This document shows, one piece after another, positions 26,003 to 37,844 of a stretch of DNA of 64,000 nucleotides. A program made the translations under genes and the position numbers. The DNA comes from Neoechinorhynchus agilis (lineage: Eukaryota > Animalia > Acanthocephala). The notes beneath the pieces are model-generated. The model searched no databases and was not told the origin of the DNA. It worked only from the letters and a program-made list of their open reading frames with translations. The DNA lies in contig CM121342.1 of the NCBI GenBank assembly GCA_051530055.1, positions 5,269,489-5,333,488 on the forward strand. The letters are read 5' to 3'. Numbering within the stretch: position 1 is the stretch's first letter; each line of letters begins with the position of its first letter.

Positions 26003-26844
26003 CTGAACGATGCCGTCGTTAATCGGTGTAAATGTTTGGCTGTAGAGTGAAGAGAACTGGTCCTAAAATTAAATAAAGAGTTCAAAAAGGGACTACTGAT
26101 TTGCACCCACATGGAGATCCTCGGTGGCTGAACCAACTCTGTCTTTATTCATTTTGTTTGAGAGCACTTTGCAGCAGTTGAAAAAAAAGGAAACAATTAA
26201 ATACAGCAAACCGGTTTGTAAAACTTATGACGTTCCACATGAGTTTCAAAATGACGGATTCTCTAAGAAGGTTCGATGACTCACTGCGTGGAAAATAGAG
26301 GTCCACGTTTTAGATGCTTATATAATACGAATCAAACGTCCAAGTGGCTATTGAACACCACTCGATTGTTGTAATTTATGTTTTATGATTGATTTGTTCA
26401 TCGAAAACTTAGAAGCAACCTCGATATAGGCATAAGATTGTGCCAAAATATCGAATTCAATAAAGAAATTACTTCATTTTCTCAAATACACGCTGTAATT
26501 TACGTTTGCATGAACTATATTTTGCACTTTTTGATAACAATGGAATTATACGCGAATCATTTTCTTCACATGAAAATGTTATCCACTCTTGATCAATCCA
26601 TATGATTCATTCCCTTGAGAAAACTATTTTGCAAAAATACTGGTATTCCATTCCGCCCACAACTTGTTTACTACTAATATCGATTACTAAGAACCATATT
26701 GGAAAATATGAATCAGCAAACATCCGAATCATGTGAAAATCTGAAGCACGCCATTTTTTGTTCGTCCATATCCGAATTCGATTGCAAACTTATAAGAACA
26801 CCAAAATTTTAGGTGCGAACGCGATCTCAAAATATTTCTATTTA

Positions 26845-26978
26845 AGTTTGAATTGTGGTGGTGATAATTCCGCGGATAAAGGAGATTTTATTGTTTAGAA
26901 AGATATTTCGAAATAGGAAGCTTCATCGGTCATTGTAAATCATTTATCCGCAAGATTATGATCACCACAATTCAAACT
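26845..26978. mobile_element. MITE with ~36-bp imperfect TIRs and a TTA target-site duplication (PIF/Harbinger-type)
   Basis: AGTTTGAATTGTGGTG..GCGGATAAA pairs with TTTATCCGC..CACCACAATTCAAACT; TTA on both flanks; a TIR fragment recurs near 60016. Confidence 0.75.
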
Positions 26979-29966
26979 TTAAGACCCCTAAGGATTTTCT
27001 CTCTATGATTTCTATTTAACTTCACATATTTTTAGATTTCAATCCTCTTAAAGTAACTTTCTTGTACTTTGGATATGTTATGCCCGGTCAATGAGAATTG
27101 AAAGCTAATTTTTTACTTAAAAAAAATGAAATTTGTCGGAGTTTCGGTAACTAATGTTTGTTTTTCTGGCATGTAATTAGTCAGCATTCTCTACGTTGAT
27201 CCGTTAAAGTACAGTTTCGTTTTTCGAATCTTATTTTGTGTTCACAGTAATTTTTGTTTAGCTCCGAATATCGTTTAGAATCGCATTGATTGGCTAGCAA
27301 TTTAAGAGGTTAAGCAAGGTGTGTGTTTTTGTCCAAATTGTTTCAACGTTTTGAAATCATCTCCTTTTTTTATAATAAATTAGTAGTTGTTCAAGCCAAC
27401 TTTTCTGATCTAAACGGACCATGAATTGCTCGATTCATTGTGGCCCCCTGATTTTGAACACTGTTATTACGTGAAATATTAGTTTCATGTGAAAAAAGCA
27501 AATGAGATATCGAGCACAGGTGCTCCTATCAGTCATTTTAAGAAACCCTCAGAGATATCCGTAATTTGTGATCTTTTTGGCCCAATATTCCATGGTGAGT
27601 GCATTTATCGCTTTGAGGCAACGAAGTTTTTTTAAATTTAAGGGACATGCATAAAAGAAGAAGAGGGAACCCCTTTCAGCGGTCCCAATATTACAATTGA
27701 CTAGCAGATTGACTCAACGGCTTCTGTATCAGTGATCCGCCTCAGTGTAGACAATAGACACTAACTTGAGAACTTGAGCGTAGCCCTAAAGATCTCATGA
27801 GAGAGATACTAAACCAGTTGCACGAGACATATTACGACGTCTATATATCAACTGTCTTGCATCTCTCGCTTCTATACTACTTTCACATGCGATCCGTTGT
27901 CACCTTGACTTTATTCTCAAACTGGAATGGAAGGAGTTTCTAAGAAGTCAAACTCGATGGTCGAATCAAATACCGACAATAATAACCTCCACGACCAACA
28001 CTACTATTCTACTGGTTAGTACACTTTCTTTTTGTCAATGTTATTCATTGACCGATCCACGTTTCCCCATCTTTGATCCTGTTTAATAGAAGGATAACTA
28101 GTGAACTTTTATTCTGGCACGGACTATCAATTTGAATCGTGTAATACAAGCTTTTTTTCAATGCAGAAGGAAATTAGCTCGCTTGCCGGAAGCTTCATTC
28201 GCAACATTGTTTAATTATACCAGAAAAAAAAGAGAGAGCAGAATATTGACAGCATTGTTTAAGTGGTTTCTGCATTGAGTTTCATGTTTTGAAAAGGTTC
28301 TCGTTCAAAAACCAATTTAAGATGTTAAAAAGAGGCATCCTTCAAAAAGTCATCGGAATGCCGTGTTTCTCACTCTCTTATTTGTTCATAGACCGAAGGA
28401 GCGCGAGCGTTTCCATGTTTTTCTTGCGACGTTTGTTCATGGATCGATAAATCAGTGCCAACATCGATCGGTACATATCGATGTTAATTTGTGAGCGCAC
28501 ACACAGTCGATTATTGGAGATTTCTTTTTGAACCTTTCAAAGTCCACATTTTCGTCATATTGTTCTTTTTGGTGTGTGTGTTAGACAATGAAAATTGATA
28601 CTCGTCTCGTAGCCGACATCTAAACCGTCGCACCCCCTACCACTCAGTCTTGTTTACACGAGTCTCCTACATTTTGCCCTTTTCACCAAAAGGTATGTCA
28701 ATTTTTCTCTTTCGTTTGGTAGGATGCCCGAGAACTAGCGCAGTTGTGTGTGTATAATCTTAAAATCACTAGGTCCTTTACGCCTAGTCATTTCTATATC
28801 TCATTCCTTGCCACTAGTTCGTCCTAATAAGCACTAATGCAGAAAACCGTCTTGACACATTCCCATGGGATCCAACGCCAAGAAGCGCGCAAGACGTCTA
28901 TCACCATCATGGACTTTGAATTTCTCAATATCTCATTGAATCAATGCTCGTTTGCCTCGTACGAACCTCAAATTTGCATTTCATTTGCATATTTTTTTTG
29001 GAAACACTTGAAAAAAGTACAACTTTTTACATGGAATCGGGATCACTAACAGTGACGCCCTAGACGTTTTATGACTCCCAATTATTATCTGATTTGGAGT
29101 GATTTATGACAGCGACGAAAAGTTCAGCTCGACTGTTCACTCATCAATTCATAGACCTCGTTTCGCACTTGAACTCAAAAGACTAATCTTTCTGCGAACT
29201 TTTTTGCTCTCAGTGTGCGCGTTCAAATCATAGACAACAGCGGCTACTTCATTTTAATCTTGACTTTTTTTTCTTACATTGACTTGTTTCCAAACAGAAC
29301 CTTTTGATCAGGTCAACCGGAAATACAAATTAATAACTTCTGTCTCTTTTTGAAATGGTTTCAAATCAATATTGATTATTTGCATCATCCAACCGAACAG
29401 AGATCTCGATTAACGTCAGTTGTGTAGATTGGAATGCCCCGCCTCCTTTTTCACTCAACCGGAAACCCAATTGTTTCCGATGATTGTTCGAGAGATGGTG
29501 TTCTTTGTTGGGCAGTGTTATTGGTGGATAGATTTCTCTCCCAGCCGTTTACACGATTATTTTGTAAGCGATTATCTCGTTTTAAAACAAAGCCAACACC
29601 TAATAACCGTGTATTATCAAGTGTTCACTAGACAGAGGCGTTCATTGATTTCAGATTGTTTTAGGATCTCGTACAACACGCCTTTATGAGTGTAACTGAA
29701 ACCAAATGGTCATTGGTATGTCAACTCACGGCGTCCTCCTGAATTTCGCACCAAGGAACATGAGTGTTATCACACCCACCCACCATATACGATGAATGAC
29801 ATCATTTTCGTTGCCGTTGTTCATACGCACCTTTTAGTTGTCGTGATGGTTCCGTGAGGAACCATTTTGGGGGATCGAAACTGAGACCAATCGATCTTAC
29901 TTATCTTTTTCATAGGTCAAACGTCCTATTAACACAAGAGCCAAATCCTGTCGTAGAAGAGTGTTC

Positions 29967-31980
29967 ATGGGAAATCTATCATTCCGATCAAAAGATCCCG
30001 ACCGGGAACTTAGTCGAAATACACGATATGTATTCGATAATCATCCGCAGCGCTCACAAGGTGCCGGATCGCCAGCATCATTCATGAACACACAACATCA
30101 ACGGTACCATTCGGGTAACGATGATTATAAACCGTTTCGCACACCTCAGTTTTTGAGCCGAACAATGCGATTGGATGATTCGCCAACAGCAGCAGCAGTA
30201 AAACCAGTGGCCTATCGCCCGTCCAATGATTCATTTCCAAACGTGTTCGTTGCGCTTTACGATTTTAATGGATCTGGCATAGATGATCTGCCATTCAGAA
30301 AGGGCGATAAATTGGTTGTTCTTGACAATAGGTTCGTCGAATCCACTTTTTTTCGTGACTTTCACAAAAACATTTAGCAATAATGATTGGTGGCTGGTAA
30401 GAAATGCCCGAACGCATGAACAAGGTTATGCGCCAACAAACTTTTTATCGTTATATGATGACCTGAGAAGTAAAGAGTAGGTGTAGAAGACGGCAAACAT
30501 TTCTTCGATGACCTCGTTTAGTTGGTACTTCCACGATACTAATCTTCGCGAAGCCGAACGACTTTTAGATCAACCTTTTAACAACAGTGGAACCTTCCTC
30601 ATTCGTCCTTCATGCAGCACAAAAGGTATTGTGTCTGTGCAAAGAAAATGTCTACATTTCTTAGAACTCACCATTACGCAAATTGATATTCTTTGGAACT
30701 CACCATTGGGCACGAACATTCCATTCGGCTTTCGCTCGTGAGTTAGGCCACACCTTACAAAAATCACGAATTGATAAGCCTGAATGGCAGTTGACTCATA
30801 AAGAAACCCTGAAAATGGGGCTATTTAGCTTTCTATAAGTGCCACAATCTTACAACCGTGCTATTTAGGAAACTATGCACTTTCAATCCTCGACTATGTA
30901 TCGTGCATTGGCTGCGAAAAAGACACTGACAATCAGTCTAGCGTAAAACACTACCGAATCCTGCGAGGAAACGATGGGCGGTTCTATATAGGGCCGCGTG
31001 CGACCTTTGGAACTCTACAAGGTCTAGTTGATCATTATAAACAAATATCCGACGGTCTATGTTGTCGCTTGACCTATCCATGCCCTAAAACAGTTCCTAC
31101 ACTGCCAGATTTAAGCTACGATGATCTTGATCAAGTCGAACTTGATAGAAAGTGCATCCGTCTAATAAACAAAATTGGCAGTGGGAATTATGGCGAAGTG
31201 TGGAAGGGAAAATATAAAGGCCAAACTGTGGCAATCAAGGCAATGAAGTCCACATCCATGGACGACAGAAAGAAGCTGCCGAAAAATTGGGATTTTCTCG
31301 AAGAAGCCCGCGTTATGAAAAAACTTAAACATGAGAAAATAGTGAAGCTGTATGGCGTAAGCACAGTTCAGGAACCTTTTTTTATCATTGTAGAATATCT
31401 TCTTAACGGAAACCTTTTACATTATTTAAGAAGTGACATGGGCCAGCAACTGAAGCTTCCTAAACTAGTTAGTGTTGCCGCCCAGATATGCGAGGGAATG
31501 TCTTATTTGGAGAAAAAACACTATGTTCACTGTGATTTGGCAGCCAGAAACATATTCGTGGGTGAATCACTGCTTGTAAAGATCGGTGATTTCGGTCTCG
31601 CTCGTATGGTTGAATCTGGAGCTCTGAAAGTAGAAAGCCAAACGCAATTCCCCATAAAATGGACCGCTCCTGAAGCAGCTACATGCAAAGTTTATACTAT
31701 TAAATCGGACGTGTGGTCTTTTGGAGTGCTATTATTTGAACTAATTACAAAAGGAGCAGTTCCTTATCCTACGATGTCCAATCAAGAAACGTTGCAAAAA
31801 GTATCTCGAGGATATAGAATTCCTCGTCCTTCTAATTGTCCCGATGGGTATTATTCAATCATGTTGAGATGTTGGAATGCAACTCCTGAACTGAGACCTA
31901 CCTTCGATTATTTATATGATATTTTTGATGATTATTTCATTACAACTGAACCAAACTATAGAGAGTCTGAAGATTTGTAA
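29967..31980 (+). CDS. Src-family (FRK/Src42A-like) tyrosine kinase, SH3-SH2-kinase; 4 exons
   Basis: MGN start, ALYDF and WW (SH3), WYF, FLIRPS and VKHYRI (SH2), GSGNYG, HCDLAARN, DFG, FPIKWTAPE, C-tail EPNY. GT-AG introns 30332-30377, 30477-30521, 30626-30868. Confidence 0.93.
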
Positions 31981-32651
31981 AGTGTGAGAGAGATTTTCGA
32001 TTGCTTTGAGTGACCGTTCTCTTTGCGTGTGTCTAAAAGAAGAACAGAAAACGTTTAAGAATAATAAGCGAACAAAGAAATATCACATAGGCTAACTTGT
32101 GGTGTGAGCTGCCTTGGACAGTTTTTTGTCGTGTCTTGTCGATAGCAAAAATGAATCTCAATGGAGTAGATCAATCGGCAATCACGATACGTCAATTGAT
32201 TTGTAAGCTTAATCTCGTATAGTTATGTAGGACAACTAAATTCCTATTTTTTATACAATATTTTCATTGGAAAATTAATTGGAACGGTTACACAATGCGT
32301 TGTTCGATCAGGATAATCAGTGAGAGATCTTAAGCACCAGGTGGGTGTCGTGTCCAACCGAGATCAACCGATTTTTTAATATAACCCAGAAAATGTTAAA
32401 AATTGGGCTTCATTTTGACGGACTTTACAGAGCCAAAACCAATTTATATGCTCAAGTGGCACTATTTGAATCTATTAGCACAGGAATCGAAAGTATGCCG
32501 GTCGAGCGGAATTTAGTGGTATGATTACTGAAGGAACGAAAACACTTCATAGACTATGATAAGATGAATGGATCGTTCTTGGTGCATCACTGTAATCATT
32601 TAAGAGACCCATCTATGTATCATAGTCGCTGAATAACGTGTAGAACACAAA

Positions 32652-33173
32652 TTATTTTGAGTAATCGTTGAAATCGAACTCGCAGTTATACACACCAACA
32701 GGGACGGCTTTTTCCGTGTCGTATCCCGCCCATCCATCTTTTGAATCAATCAAAATATCATCAAAAACACAATTTGATTCTTGGCCACGTCCCGTCCAAA
32801 TACCATCAGGAACAAACTCCTTTGGCGCCATTCCTCTGCAGTCCAAGACGCACAACCTTTTCCATTGGTCAGAATCGCTATATGAATGAATGGTATTTTG
32901 AAGACCATTTGACTTCGATGCCACCATTAGCATGGCAGAGTTCTCACGTTTGCAGAATTTGCATTTTGCGCAAATTCCAAGTACGTATTCTTCCTTTGAA
33001 GCTCTTCTAGAAAGGTCCGTTGATTGTAGGTTCTCTAAGGCTTGTGGATTTTTACTTGACTCTCCGCATTGCGAACATTCAAATATGAACAACCAGTTGA
33101 AATCGTTATCCGATGGCTGTAAATCCACAATGTTCTCCAGGCTCGCCTTTATAAGAACCTCTACTTTTACCAT
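32652..33173 (-). CDS. CZIB: CXXC-motif zinc-binding protein (DUF866 / C1orf123 family), intronless
   Basis: KASLENIVDLQP, CSQCGE, CKFCKRENS, LDCRG..P.EF, WAGYD..PVG. Confidence 0.85.
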   Translation of the reverse strand: MVKVEVLIKASLENIVDLQPSDNDFNWLFIFECSQCGESSKNPQALENLQSTDLSRRASKEEYVLGICAKCKFCKRENSAMLMVASKSNGLQNTIHSYSDSDQWKRLCVLDCRGMAPKEFVPDGIWTGRGQESNCVFDDILIDSKDGWAGYDTEKAVPVGVYNCEFDFNDYSK

Positions 33174-33496
33174 TTCTGAAAAACACGTATAATGAGATAG
33201 CGAGTGTCGATTTTTGGAAAAGTAATAATCAAATTCAAAATTTATTGAAAACTAAACTCGACGTCGTGTATGTCGCTAAGCGTCCTGGTTAAGAAATAAA
33301 TGGGTTTAGGAGTGTTTTGGTTACAAATTCGAGTATGGAGTACATACAACCGACGTCTAAAAGATGTTCTCCGCCGTTCAGTGGAAAACGAAGAATATAA
33401 AGACAATGAACATCAATTTCTATGGTGCAATTCAACTTAGATATTCGGCAATACATCGGTGAAACCAAAAAGGCATTTAAGTTAATAAAAATGGGT

Positions 33497-34495
33497 CTAT
33501 ACTAATTCCGCTTGTTTTATCATCCGTTTTAAATACTCCGGCGCTTGAGCAGAGCGAAAAAATGTATATGCAAGTCGTATCTGTTTGACCTCTTCTAATT
33601 TCGGATCATCATCGAATTCAGGATCGATGTAAAAGAACACTGGCATCTCGACTTCTTCGCCCGGACCAAGCAGTTGCTCTTCGAAACAGAAGCATTGGAT
33701 TTTGTTGAAATAGGGAGCGGCATCGAAAGGCACTATATTGTAGGCTGCTATGCCTACCAGAGTTTCCGTTGGTGAGTAGTTCTTTGCCTTGTTCAAAGAT
33801 GGTGACCTATTGTACGGACGCGAGCGTGTACAAAATGGGCGAATCCGGTGAACGACAAATGACAAGAAAAAACCATTGAAATGGATGTGAAAAGAAGGCA
33901 TCAATTGCATAAAATAACTAACAAATTACGAAGCAAAATGCACCAAAAGTTCATCATTGCTTAGACTAGATCGTAATCGATCGTAAATGATCAGCGTAAA
34001 AGATGCGGTGCTCTTACTGTGATCCATCATTTGCAACTACAATTTCTCTTAGTCTCCCATTAAGGATACAATCGGCCACCATCGAAATTAGAAGCAGAGC
34101 GCGGCTTCCCCGAGCGACACTTCAATGCTCGGTTGCTCTGGAGTAAACTCCCAAGGAAGGGTGCCATAAGTCATAGATTGAAGTTCCACTCTCAGCTTAC
34201 GAGGATGTTTCTCTTTGCACTTTTCAGTGGCCCTTGTATCGTCTCTCCTGTCCTTAACGACTCCTTCCCATCCATAGGCTTCACAAAAATATCGGTATAT
34301 CGGAATGACTGCACATGATACTCCTAGCATCGTGATTACAGTGGCCATGCCATAATTGATTGTCGATCGCTTACACTCAGACTGTTTAGGGTGCTCGCCA
34401 AAGATATTCGAGGGCAATTTGGTGGCGAATAATCGTCGATGATGGCACAGGCGGAATAGGATTGGCCGAAATATCATCTTAAACAACATAAACAA
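33497..34495 (-). CDS. COX11: Cytochrome c oxidase copper chaperone Cox11; two exons separated by a non-canonical 297-nt intron
   Basis: Presequence-like N-terminus, transmembrane segment, PIYRYFC, LPWEFTPEQ, GEAALCF-Y-KAKN, AYNIVP, FNKIQCFCFEEQ, MPVFFYIDPEF. Confidence 0.92.
33792..34088 (-). other. Non-canonical intron (AT..AA or AA..GA) closed by a 17-bp inverted repeat
   Basis: Removal creates TTC TA|C AAG (F-Y-K). Arms at + 34067-34083 and 33798-33814 give 15 Watson-Crick pairs, one G-U pair and one mismatch. Confidence 0.82.
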
Positions 34496-34766
34496 ATTAG
34501 TTAGAGGTAGTGGTGATCATAATAACCCTTTGAGACATTTCGGAAGAAGATACACATCGAGTGGATCTATTTCTGAGCTGGGCAGCTTGGCGTCCAGCGG
34601 GCGATAGTTTTTTCGTTTTGACTCTCGAAACCCGTGGGCTGATTTCGTGATTTGGAGAGAAACTTTTGCCTTGTCCCCACCAACGGAGTTAAAAAGCACA
34701 AACTGGCAGTTAAATCAATTTTCCATCAAAGTGCATCGGCTGTATTTGAAAGATCATTTACTACGC

Positions 34767-36038
34767 TTTTTCACGTACAATCTTTTAAAATGTTTACTCA
34801 AATTACGGCTATAAATGAGATTGCGAACGTAATGATTGGCTGAAAAGCAATTTGAAAAACGAAGTTGTTTTTTCACGTACCATCTTACAAAATGTTACTC
34901 AAATTACGGCTATAAATAAGATTGCAAACGATAATGATTGGCTGAAAAGCAATTTGAAAAACGAAGTTGTTTTTTCACGTACCATCTTACAAAATGTTAC
35001 TCAAATTACGGCTATAAATAAGATTGCGAACGTAATGATTGGCTAAAAGGCAATTTGAAAAACGAAGTTGTTTTTTCACGTACCATCTTACAAAATGTTA
35101 CTCAAATTACGGCTATAAATAAGATTGCGAACGTAATGATTGGCTGAAAAGCAATTTGAAAAACGAAGTTGTTTTTTCACGTACCATCTTACAAAATGTT
35201 ACTCAAATTGCGGCTATAAATAAGATTGCGGACGTAATGATTGGCTGAAAAGCAATTTGAAAAACGAAGTTGTTTTTTCACGTACCATCTTACAAAATGT
35301 TACTCAAATTACGGCTATAAATAAGATTGCGAACGTAATGATTGGCTAAAAGGCAATTTGAAAAACGAAGTTGTTTTTTCACGTACCATCTTACAAAATG
35401 TTACTCAAATTACGGCTATAAATAAGATTGCGAACGTAATGATTGGCTAAAAGGCAATTTGAAAAACGAAGTTGTTTTTTCAGGTACCATCTTACAAAAT
35501 GTTTACTCAAATTACGGCTATAAATGAGATTGCGAACGATAATGATTGGCTGAAAAGGAATTTGGAAAACGAAGTTGTTTTTTCAGGTACCATCTTACAA
35601 AATGTTTACTCAAATTACGGCTATAAATGAGATTGCGAACGTAATGATTGGCTAAAAGGCAATTTGAAAAACGAAGTTGTTTTTTCACGTACCATCTTAC
35701 AAAATGTTACTCAAATTACGGCTACAAATGAGATTGCAAACGTAATGATTGGCTGAAAAGTTTGGGTTTTTTTTTTGTTGGTGTTTGGGTTGTTTTGTAC
35801 CATCTTACAAAATGTTACTCAAATTACGGCTATAAATGAGATTGCGAACGTAATGATTGGCTAAAAGGCAATTTGAAAAACGAAGTTGTTTTTTCACGTA
35901 CCATCTTACAAAATGTTACTCAAATTACGGTACAAATGAGATTGCAAACGATAATGATTGGCTGAAAAGGAATTTGAAAAACGAAGTTGTTTTTTCACGT
36001 ACCATCTTACAAAATGTTACTCAAATTACGGCTATAAA
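34767..36038. repeat. Tandem satellite, ~101-bp unit, ~12.5 copies
   Basis: GAAGTTG recurs at 34861, 34963, 35064 and onward; one unit near 35761-35795 is degenerate and T-rich. Confidence 0.97.
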
Positions 36039-36294
36039 ATAATATCTATAAAGGAAATCGTTCCGGATAATCGAGTTAGAATTTTGGTGGTAGCTTATGA
36101 GCTTGTGCATCTCACACTATAGGAACTTCTCTTTATACATTAAATCCTTCGCGCTTTTCTTCGGTACGCGAAGGTCGAAAGTTATCAAAAATAAATCAAT
36201 TATATGATAATTCGCTTTAAAAAAATTAAAATGATGAGCGTCTTTACAAAAAACTTAACCTAAAGAAGTATGACGAAACGGATGAAATTTCTTC

Positions 36295-36980
36295 GAATTT
36301 ATAAATTAATCTCTAAAATTTACAAGTTTTGGAAGATAATGTTCTGTGTAGCCGCGGTTTTCCTCACGCTGGCAGCATACTGCGAGGGAGACGTTTTGGT
36401 TAAGGAATACTGTCGCACACGGGTCCCTTTTCATCGCCATCGACCTCTTTGCTATATCTGAAACTGCGGATTCTCTGAGGGCTACGGACGTTTCGATCCC
36501 GAAAGGCACAAAATGAAAGCTCGCATTCAGCTCAACGTTGCCGTTTTCCGACGCTGCGGTCGCTACAGCGAGGGGTTTTTTACTGGATAAATCAGCGAAG
36601 GACTTGGCCATGGTGTCGGTGCAGGTTGCGTCCCCTAAGAGGCACTTCCCTTGGCTCCAAGGGAAGACTGACGCACCATCTGGGCGCTTACCATCAGACC
36701 TACACAGATTGCTCGGCTCCAAGATGTTTGGAATGTTGATGGGGAAGTCAGGGCTCTACTCAAGATCGCTTTGGTCATGTCTAGGCGACCGTCCGGCTGA
36801 CCGAATGCGCATGATAGAGCATTTAATCCTTTGGCGTCTACTTGCGAGCCACAGCGACATTCGGGCAATCTCTAAGAGGAAGCTATCCGGAATGTTTCGT
36901 TGCCCCAAAGTGTCCCCTACTTTTCGGCAGGGACCATGCGTCGGACTCCTTCGTGGAGGAAGCCATGAGTCTCGAACTTG
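36295..36980 (-). mobile_element. Decayed CRE-like retrotransposon 3' fragment (restriction-like endonuclease region)
   Basis: CRCG...NALSC and EPSNLCRSDGKRPDG..FPW..GK motifs in broken frames. Confidence 0.82.
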
Positions 36981-37844
36981 ACCTCTCGTCCAGTTGGTCT
37001 AGAAGTGATTTGTGAACCTTCTGCACGATCGGTAAGTCCCACGATGACTGCTTTTGGTACTTCTGGAGTATTGTTGCTTGTTATACTTTAGAGGTCCAGA
37101 GCATTATTAAAATGCTCTTCGATGGACTCCGGATAGATCTTATGAGAGTTCTCTTGACTAGCCGAAGAAAGGTCTGCAATGCGACATCCTCCATGAGTCT
37201 GAGACCTGAACCTCCGTAGTTGGATGTTTCCAGGAGGAATGGTCGAAATCGATATTGACGATTTGGCTGATCTTATTCCGAAGAAGATCATCCAGACATG
37301 AAAGATCATGCGCCCGAAGGCGGGTGCAGATCTCAGTCTGTGCAATGGGATGTAGAGGCGGGTTTTAATCAAAAAAACGGCTTCGTGAGACTTTAGCTCT
37401 GAACATCACTTAAAATACATCTAATAATAATCCGACCGAATGCAATCGTCAATGTTATAACCGAGAATTAACAGGATTCGTTCAGAGTGCCTACGACCTC
37501 ACTTCCGACCTAGAAAAATAAGTCAAAGCAATCGACGCTTATCTGAAAATTCGGTCAAATATAAAAACCAATACTGCTCACATCCAAAAAAACCTGATAA
37601 AAGTCGAAAGAAAGAGCCGCGACACAAAAGACTGTGAATTTGACGCATTTGTTAGTCATTTACGATTTTTTTATCGGGGTTGCGGGTTTCATCACCCAGG
37701 GATGGCTCACGAGCAGACTAAGTAGAATCTTCGTGCTTTCAGACCTCACTTTATCCATCAAAACGAAAGCGTCTACTGCCGATTACAAAGCGAATTCCAA
37801 TATTAATCCATCGGGTTCTCGATCACCCTCAAGAGTTTCAGATA

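Noticed and set aside
37476-37760. Coding-like frame with an in-frame TAA (LEK*VKAIDAYLK), raising stop-codon reassignment
   Set aside because: TAA, TAG and TGA all terminate recognisable genes in this window; a pseudogene or sequencing error is more likely.
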